From contig OZ024740.1 of assembly GCA_964016885.1 (NCBI GenBank), positions 142,724,001-142,788,000 on the forward strand: a DNA stretch of 64,000 nucleotides, written 5' to 3'. The notes under the pieces were generated by a model. The model saw nothing but the letters and a program-made list of their open reading frames with translations. It was not told the origin of the DNA and did not search any database. Origin of the DNA: Eledone cirrhosa (lineage: Eukaryota). Numbering within the stretch: the first letter of the stretch is position 1; each line of letters begins with the position of its first letter. The translations under genes and the position numbers were made by a program. Positions 54,806 through 64,000 of the stretch are shown here, piece by piece.

Positions 54806-56007
54806 TCTCTATATATATAAAACAGAGGATGTCTGTCTGTCTGTGTGTGTTTATGCCTGTCTGTCTGTGTAAATCCCTACAACTCGAGAAGTACCTGACC
54901 GATTTTTTTCAAACCTTACACATGCGTTACTTATATTTCTTGAAGTGCAATGGGCTAACTTTAATTTTTTCTGCTCTAGGTGCAACACACAGGTGAAAAA
55001 CCAGATTTTTAAGGCATTTTTAGGCTTTTTTGAGGGGTAACTTAAAGATAATCCAGCAGATTACCTCGACATTTGCAGCACACATTAGTTAGTCGCCTTG
55101 CATTGCTGTGGACAAAAAGAATTTCTGATTCCATTAATGGTTTCTAGGAAATTTACAAATTAACATTGGGCATTACATGCCATTTTCCTTTTCAATATAA
55201 ACGCTACTTAAACATCGTAAATAGCGTATAATATTTCGTTAAAAATTTGATTTATTTAACAGAGGACACAACACTTACTTACTTTTAAGCAGGACCATTT
55301 TCGGGGTATTGAGGAAATGAGGAGGATCTTAAAATTTTTGTTGGCGCCCTGTTGATGCTTCGTGCTTTCATCACATGCAAATCCAGGCCCTGTGTACGTT
55401 GCCGTGTTATTGACACCGTAAAACTCACGTCTGTGCTACTTCTACTAAGACCCCTTTTGTTGCACCTACACTGCAGTATGAACGTCCTGCGCAAGTACAC
55501 CGAACAGCGGTTGTGCTAATTCTGCGGTGACCCCTTTTGTTGCACCTTTGTTGTCGTGTAAATGCAGTGCAACCAGTGCCACCCAGCATTTGTGCTAATT
55601 GCACTATGAACCCCTTCTGCTGCAGCTGCATTGCCACGCTGATTTCGTTACCTCAATATCCCTACTTAAACGTACATCCCTACTTGGTTTTCACACAATT
55701 TACTACGTCACTTCCTCAGACTGACGTGGGTTCCCCATCCGTGATATAATTCATGATCAGACTTACGACATACACCGCCCCACAACACTTACGTACTCCT
55801 TTCGCATACAAGATTTCCGCAATCAGCCCACTGACACTGCTACTACTGGATTCTGGCCTGCTGGTGTTCTATATTTCCAGTAGATGAACAATCATTCCCT
55901 GAGAATAAGGGAATTCAAAAAGTACACAGCAACATTCCTCAATCTTTGCATATGCGTGTTACTATTTCACGTTTCCTACCCCGTGCAACGCCGGGTCCTG
56001 CTGCTAG
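54806..56007 (+). mobile_element. Non-autonomous Helitron
   Basis: Starts A|TC followed by (TGTC)n. Ends with GC hairpin cccgtgcaacgccggg about 12 nt before the terminal CTAG|T. No TSD. Confidence 0.8.
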
Positions 56008-56052
56008 TATATATATATAATATATATATATACATATAATATATATATATAC

Positions 56053-56105
<53 letters not shown>

Positions 56106-59100
56106 TATATATCCTATCAAAATGAGGTAGCTTGCATGCCAGAGAGCATTCTCCCACATTGTCGAACATGTACCACTGACATAAAGTTGAACATGTTCCA
56201 GCTACAACTTAGTGATTTGACAAATGCATGGATGGAGGGAATGGTGATAATGGTAATGATGATGATGGCATTGATGTTGACAGTAACAGGAAGATAGGCT
56301 ACTTCAATATATTTACAGCAATAGGTTTTTCTCAATAATGGACATTTTAAGAAAAAACTCAAAAATGATAAGACAATAACTTTGAAGTTAAGGTATTGGA
56401 TGACCAGATATCAAAGTATAAGTTCATTGTATTGTCTTATTATAGCTGTGTGATTAATAAAACAGCAGATTCTTTCCTTACTTTATGGATGAGTGGTTAG
56501 TAACAAAAAGAGTACAGAGTTGTAAAAATATTTGTTGTGTTTCATGTATTCAAATGTCCAGCTAAGAAAGAGAGAGCAAGATTCCTATAATTCCTAGTAT
56601 GGAAAAAAAGGTTGTAAAATAGACTTTTTAAATGCTATTGTAAACAAGCATATGCAAGGAAGTGAAATATCCATTTATTTTATAATAATAAATTATTTAT
56701 TACGGAATATGCGAAACTATTATGGATTATACACTTTTTTCAAATGCCTCATTGTTCCTCTCACAAATTATTTTCCCACAAGTTTAAACACATGAACAGA
56801 AATTATCACTTCATAGAAAACACTACTTAAGAGTTTTGGAGAGCTGTTGCTTGTAATGTTTCAACGAATACCATTATTATAAATTCATATTATTTTTGCA
56901 CATTTCCAATCTACTGGGAGAACATACATGAAGCAACAAAATTAAATTACTAAAAACAGCTTGGCCAATTAAGCAGCCAATTTCAACAAAAATCTATACA
57001 GAGCTAGTAGATCGAACACAAATTCAATATAGTCATACTCAGCTTGTTCTATAAACCATAACAAAAGTACTTTTTAAAGTCTCTTACATTATTTTTTGGT
57101 CTCATTATTCAGAAAAGAGACAATTAAATAGAATGTTGATCTAGAGATATGCAAAATTTAAATTGAATTTATTTTTAAAAATGAATTAAGAATATCTTTT
57201 CAACAAAGAAATTGGATATTAAGATTTCATTTTCCTTTAGAATTACTTTACCATAAGATTCCTCCTCAGAGCCAGAAAAATACTTAAGTTCTAAGCAGTT
57301 TCTAATCCTAAAAAAAAATAATAATAACATTGCCTAACATTAGACTATTGCTCTCATGCATTGTATGACACACCCACTACATACACATATAATTTCGAAG
57401 CACAATCATAGCTATGTAGTTAAATGTTTATCTCAGCCACATGGTTTAGGGTTTGATCCTTCCGCACAGTACCCTGGATAAGTATTTTTTTCTATTGGAA
57501 GTGTACTGATTTCATGGAAACTTTGAGGAAGCTTGTTATATATATCTAAATATTGAATTCACTTTATAAGGATTTGCTACAAAACAACTAGGTGGGACAT
57601 GACATCAACAACATTAGTGAAGAATTGAAGAAAAATGAGAAAGGTAAATCCAAGAACAAGAAATAACAACAAAATACCTGATGCACAAAAAAGATAGGGA
57701 TGCAGGCAAAACACCTTGATGTGACAAGATTCAATTTTATGCATCATATCTTTCTTCTGAATATATCCCTTTCAATTAATCCTTGACCCCTGTTACATGT
57801 ATTTCTCCTCAATATCTGGGTATTCACACAAATATCATTGCAAAAAAACATATTCATCAACTGAATTTAAAATAATAATAAATGTATAAACTTGATAAAA
57901 ATCATGACCGTGCCTTTCCAAAGAATTCCAGCTAAAGCAACAATGTAAAATTGTTGCTGATTCATGCAGAATATGGCAGTAATAACATTATGTAATACTT
58001 AGCTGGTGGAATATAGTTAAGCAACATTGGAACTGGAATACCAGGCTGGCAAGTTTAAAGTTTTAATATCTTTACAAAAGAGTTTCACAGTGTAATGGGA
58101 CTTGTTTCTATTGTATAAATTAATAAAGTTACACACATCACTTCTGATTAAGATGATGGTCTTTGCAAGATTCTTTTTTGTTTTTCTCATATGGAAAGAG
58201 TTCAATCTAACATGTTAAGTTAATAAAACACTTTAACTGCTTGTATGCTTCAGCATGGTATCTATCTACAACTCAGTGGACAGTAGCACATAAATGTGCT
58301 TTTGCTGCAAATAGTGTGACATGAGATAAGAGACACTTCACTAACCATGAATCTCCAGTAGCAAACCAGCACCCTAATGGTTGTACAGCCACAATTCTCT
58401 ATATGAATATTATAAATAATAATACTGCAATATCAACAATTTTTTTCAAGATAATCAAAAACAAAACTAAAATAATAAATAACAGAAAATATAATTATAA
58501 CTTTTAAAAATCTAACTTCAAAACATCATAAACTGCTTCAAAATACTCAACAAGCATTTTAGAAAATAAACTCAAAACACAAGAGCAATTTCCTATTACT
58601 CTACATGGAATTAGTTATGTATTCCATTCAATTACTGAAGGAATAAATTTTATTTCTAACTCTCATTTCTTTTCTGAATCCCCAGCCTCCTGATATCTGA
58701 CTTTTCACATCTTCCCATGGTTTTCTCTTTCATCTCTTTTATGGATACTGGTAAGTAATAATCTTATAAGATTATTGCAAAATATATGTATAAAAATATT
58801 CATAGAATCTAATTAATATTCTGTAAACATTTCATAGAATCGATCTCATAATACTCTTCTTTTCACTCACTCAGTTTGATTCTTTTGTTTCACCCTCTTG
58901 ATTGTGTTGCCTTAAATGAAGGAAGACAAGTAAATACTCTTTAGTCTTGATACAAAGGAACCTTACTAGTGTTTGAACCATGATAAAATGCATACAGTAC
59001 ACTCTGTTTTGTAAAGTGGTTAGCAATCAGAAATAATATAGAGTTCAGATTATTCTTTAGTCCCACTGAGGACATAACAGCCTCTCTAGTACTGGTACCA

Positions 59101-59550
59101 TGATAAGATGCCCTTGTATACACTATAAAGTAATTGGTATTAAGAAGGGCATCTAGCCATAAAACCCAAGCTTTCTAGAAGAACAGTAACTCTGAATAAG
59201 AACTGACTGGACTATGATAGCCTCTGCAAACTATAACAAGTAACATTGATGTAAAATGATGATGATGATAATGACAATGAGGATTAAATACTGAAGAGTA
59301 TAACAAGGTAGTGCCCTACTATAGTCATTTCTCTTCCTTTATATTTGTAATACTCTGAGAAAGTTATCAATGAAACAAATAATACTTGTTCCTTCCTCAA
59401 ATTCTGTAGACCAAACCACTCATTAACAAAAATTCAAATTGACATTATTTGTCATTCACACTTGAAATCAATAAAATATTAAAATATTCAGTGGCTGAAA
59501 TTAACAAACTTCCTCATTTCACTTATAAATTGTTGCTATATTTTTAATTA

Positions 59551-59619
<69 letters not shown>

Positions 59620-60049
59620 ACTTACTTACTTACAATGGATCAAAGGAGAATTGACTGGTTAGAACTGTCTCTACACGAAATAGAAGACATGTATAGTAAG
59701 ATAACAAAGCGGGTGAATTAGCAGAATTATTAGAATATCAGATAGAATGTTTTGCAATAATCATTTCGGCTCTCTGTACTCCAAGTCAAATCCTGCCAAG
59801 GTCAGGTTTGCCTTTCATCCTTTTGAATACTGAAATGGTTGATTATCACAGTTTACCAGCTTTATATCAATAACAGTTGTTTATAAATTGTGTGTACTCA
59901 TTCATTTATTCAGGCCCTTGATCCCTCCTGGGACTTATGACATTGACAGAAATGAATTGAGTTTTAAAACCAGCCTAGGCATTTGTCACCTATCAGGCCA
60001 GCCCATTGTTCATTAATATGCTTTTCAGATATTTGTTTTAATCATCCCA

Positions 60050-60490
60050 GTGGCCTGCTAGCTATTGTCCAAAAGTTCATATGGCTTGTCCACCTAAAGC
60101 CATCAATGATCTTCTTCAACTGATCTTTGTCCAGAACCTTCATATCCAATTGCCCCCAATCCATCCAGATCTCACATCATTTCCCAAGTCACATCAGCAG
60201 GAGTTTTTCAGGCTTCCTCGCTTCCTTTTTCCCTTTGGATCTCCACAAGAGGGGCTGCCAGGTGATGGTGTGCTAAGGTCCAATCCAGTACCACTTTCTC
60301 TGCTTGATCTCCATGTCAACAGATGTTTGATGGGTTCACACCCACAAAGCTATTTTGCTGCTTTTCTTTGGTCATTGGATTCTGATTATTCTTCTGGGAC
60401 AGCAGTTGATAAAGGTTTGAATATTCTATAAGGTGGTTTCCCCATACTTCTATATCTTGACCCCTTATATCAGTACAGGCAATGTTTGAA
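60050..60490 (-). pseudogene. Decayed non-LTR (RTE-like) 3' fragment
   Basis: Minus strand gives WIGP.H...W.PKGKRKRGS-like C-terminal motifs. Confidence 0.5.
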
Positions 60491-60555
60491 TTAATGATGC
60501 AGATTTTAGTTTTCCAGGAGATGTGTGCATACTAATTAGTATAAATTGTGTATCT

Positions 60556-60841
60556 TGTGGGTATGGTGTGGCGTGCGGTGGCCGGGGGAGGGGGGGGGGG
60601 GGTGCTCGACCGGAAGGGGTTTTTGAGTGCTCGACCGGAAGGGGTCTTTGACCGGAAGGATGCTCGACCGGAAGGGCCAGGAGAGGGCCTCTCTCTAGTG
60701 GTGACCAGCATACAGTGAGGACGTGTTTTGGGGCAGCTCCCGGTGTTAAGCAGTCGGACGCACGTGGAAGAGGAGTACCTGCAGTGGAATTTAGCGGCGC
60801 CTGTGAAAAGCGGTAAGTGAGATAGTTTTTTTCTAACCACA
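60556..60841 (+). mobile_element. 5' LTR of a Ty3/Gypsy element
   Basis: Termini TGTGGGTA...TAACCACA are inverted. There is an abrupt GC rise, followed by PBS-like cggcgac and gag. Confidence 0.7.
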
Positions 60842-60916
60842 AGCTATTTCGGCGACTGAAAAAAAAAAAAAAAAAAAAAAGAAAAAGAAAACACTTGCCG
60901 CAAAACAAATCAGAAG

Positions 60917-61676
60917 ATGGCGACAAGACTACGGATGAACGAAGCTATCAGGCCATTCACCGGGGAAGGTGATGTTGTCGCTTGGCTGCGGAAGGTTCGG
61001 CTGGTCGCGGGCTTGCAGAAGATAGAAGACGTGGCCGGTCTCATTGCATTGTACCTTGAGGGCGACGCGTTGGTACTCTTCCTTGAGTTGGACGAGCACA
61101 GCCAAAGAGATGTGCAGAAGATTGAGAGGCGTCTGATGGATGCATTCGCCGAGGGACCGTTGGCGGCTTTTGCTAAGCTGGCGAGAATCAGGTGGAATGG
61201 TGAGCGCGTCGACATTTTCGCAGCGGAAATAAGGCGGTTAGCTATGTTGGCCGGTTACCAGGCGGAATGCGAACGCACGGTGCGGTTGGCATTCATCAAT
61301 GGATTTCCGGACGACATAGCGGTGAAACTGCAGCAAGTCCCGGGGTACAAGGAAATGGAAATGCGTTCACTGGTGGAACAAGCCCGGATCATAGCGGAAG
61401 ATGCCAAAAAGAGTGTCGCGGCGATAGCGACTACGGAGGCTCAGGACACCTGGCAGCGAAATGGTCAAAGGGAGGCAACCTCGGCACGCGGCCGTTCGCG
61501 AGAATTTAGGCCGCTGTTTTAGGTGTCACGGCCCGCATATGGCTAGAGACTGTAGAGAGTCGAAGCCGGATATAATTTGCTACCGGTGTAAGCGACCAGG
61601 CCACGTCGCTACTAACTGCGACCAGGGAAACGATCCAAGGGGAACTACTTCGCCGGTAGTTTCCCCTTACGAGTAG
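60917..61676 (+). pseudogene. gag: Gypsy gag with a frameshift near 61500 and two Zn knuckles
   Basis: IRPFTGEGDVVAWL; CFRCHGPHMARDC; CYRCKRPGHVATNC. Confidence 0.88.
61625..61668 (+). promoter_or_regulatory. -1 ribosomal frameshift signal
   Basis: Slippery GGGAAAC at 61625-61631, 5-nt spacer, hairpin AAGGGGAACTAC/GTAGTTTCCCCTT. The -1 frame is open into the protease. Confidence 0.75.
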
Positions 61677-64000
61677 CGGCGCTGCCCGTGGTGGAAGTCT
61701 TCGTGAGGGGGAAGCCACAGCGAGCCCTCGTGGATACGGGCTGTACGACGACACTGGTGACCGCGGGGGTGGCGCAGAGGTGGGGAGGGAAGAGCAGCGT
61801 AAGGGCAGTCGACGGCAGGAAAATTGAATGCCGAGGTCGCAGCGAGATGGAAATAGCGGTACGGGGAAAGACGATAAGGCTTTCCGCCATCGTGGTAGAC
61901 AGTGTGGTGGATGGGATCGGCGTGGTTATGGGCATGGACGCGATTGGCCGTCTAGGGGGCGTCACGGTGAACAATGTCGGTGTGTCGTTTGGCGCCGCTG
62001 CATCGGTATGCGCTGTGAGTGCACGTCATGAGAACCAGAAGGCCCACGAGGAGCAATACCCCGCTTACACTGTACAGGACAAGGACTTCAAGGCAGTGTT
62101 TGATGGGCAGCGATGGGTTGTTGAGTGGTACTGGAAGGGAGAACCACCAACACTGAAGACCAAAGTGGGCTGCTATCAACACACATTGAAGGGAAACGCT
62201 AGGGGCGAGAAGTAGAGAGATGGATCGAAGAGGGCATACTGCTTCCCTGGAAGGAGGAGGTGAAGTGCGGAGTATTGCCGTTGATGGCGGTGGTGCAACC
62301 CACGAAGAGCAAGGTGAGGCCGGTGCTGGACTATTGAGAGCTGAACGAGCACGTGTCATGCCACACGGGTGGCGAGGTCACGGATGTCTGTGGGGAAACC
62401 CTGCGTGAGTGGAGACGCATGACGGGGGTTTCAGCGATCGTGGATCTAAAGTCGGCTTACTTGCAGTTGCATATAGATGAGAAGCTCTGGCGGTATCAGC
62501 TGGTCAGGTATAAGGGCCGGACATATTGCCTGACCAGGCTCGGTTTCGGGCTGAGCTCCTCACCGAAGATCATGGCGGCGGTCCTCAAGACCGCTCTGGG
62601 GAGGGCCGACAAGATAAAGAGGGCTACTAACTCCTACATTGACGACATCCTAGTGGACGAGTCGGTGGTGTCGACGGCGGAGGTCACGAGCCATTTGCGG
62701 AGGTATGGACTGACTGCGAAGCCATCAGAAGCATTGGAGGGAGGAGCCGCGCTGGGACTTAGGCTACGGCGAGATAAGACGGGCGTTTTGGTGTTCCAGA
62801 GGGGAAACGAAGTTCCGGAACTGGGCCCAAGTATGAATAGGCGGGAGCTTTTCTCGGTGTGTGGAAAGCTGGTGGGTCACTACCCGATCGCTGGGTGGCT
62901 CCGGACGGCATGCAGCTATGTCAAGAGACGAGCGGGAGGGGTGACTTGGAGTGACAGAGTGGGAGAGAGAACAGTGGCCATGATGCAGGAGATCGTGGGG
63001 AGGGTGAAGGCCGACGACCCAGTGCGGGGACGCTGGTACGTTCCCAAATCACGGAGCGGGACCGTATGGTGCGATGCCAGCAGCATAGCGCTGGGTGTCA
63101 CGTTGGAGATAGGAGGTGTTGAGGTCGAGGATGCAGCCTGGCTTAGAAAGAAGGACGACTGCAGCCACATCAATGTGGCCGAGCTGGACGCGGTGTTGAG
63201 AGGGGTGAACCTCGCCCTGCGGTGGGGGCTGCGCACCATCGAGATACGCACCGACTCGGCTACCGTACTCGGATGGGTAAGATCAGTGCTCACCAGTGAG
63301 AAGAGAGTGCGAACGAGAGGCGCGGCGGAGATGCTGATAAAGCGCCGCCTGGGAACGTTGGGAGAACTGGCCACCGAGTTCGACCTGAAGCTGAGCGTAG
63401 TGTTCGTGCCCTCAGAGAAAAATAGGGTGGACATCTTAACTAGAGTGAAGAAAGCCTGGATGGAAGCGCCGGAGGAGGTAGAGGATGAGATAGCTGCCGT
63501 GTGTCGGCTGACCGAGTCAGACCTGAAGGGGTTCCATGACATGCACCACATGGGGGTGGATAGGAGCCTGTTCCTAGCCAGGAGAATCGACTCGGACGTT
63601 AGCAGACACAGTGTTCGGGGGAGGGGGGGTTAGAGGCTGCGTCCGATGTCAGTCCATTGATCCCGCCCCGGGTGTACACGAAACGGGAAGCCTCCCGGTG
63701 GATCGCGACTGGAAGCGATTAGCGGTGGATGTGACGCACTACCGGCAGGGAACGTACCTCTCGATGGTCGACTGTGGACCAGGTCGAATGGCGATATGGA
63801 GGGAGATGAAGACTGGAACGGCCGAGGAAATCGTGCGGACGTTGAGAGAGGTGATCTTGGAGCGGGGCCCTGTGGATGAACTGCTGATGGACAACAGCGC
63901 AGCGTTCCGCTCGGAGGCACTGAGGGAGATGCTCGATGGATGGAAGGTGGACCGTTTCTTCAGAGCGGCGCACAGGCCGAGCGTGAATGGAATCGTGGAG
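61631..64000 (+). pseudogene. pol: Gypsy pol (PR-RT-RNase H-IN), disrupted, runs off the window
   Basis: ALVDTGC; DLKSAYLQ; YIDD; WCDAS/AELDAV/TDSA; HDMHHMG..C..C; LAVDVTH; DNSAAF. Lesions: frameshift near 62210, TGA near 62336 and frameshift in the G-run near 63620. Confidence 0.93.

Overview
AT-rich eukaryotic non-coding DNA, probably intergenic or intronic. Its repeat vocabulary resembles octopus/coleoid cephalopod genomes, but that assignment is an inference. I found no intact host gene. Nearly all ORFs in the track are microsatellite artefacts or decayed transposon fragments: RTE, CR1/Jockey-like and CRE LINEs, a Penelope-like element (PLE) split by nested insertions, three mariners, a pogo, a hAT MITE, a Helitron, tRNA-derived SINEs and a young but mutated Ty3/Gypsy element at the right edge. 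The most notable signal is a set of short head-to-head inverted-repeat (foldback) elements, mostly next to (TA)n tracts, whose arms carry type I hammerhead ribozyme folds. I count nine near-complete copies plus several partial ones. Four copies, in two elements without obvious arm similarity, have the rare compensatory U3:A8 core (UUGANAA). All folds were derived by eye and are untested.
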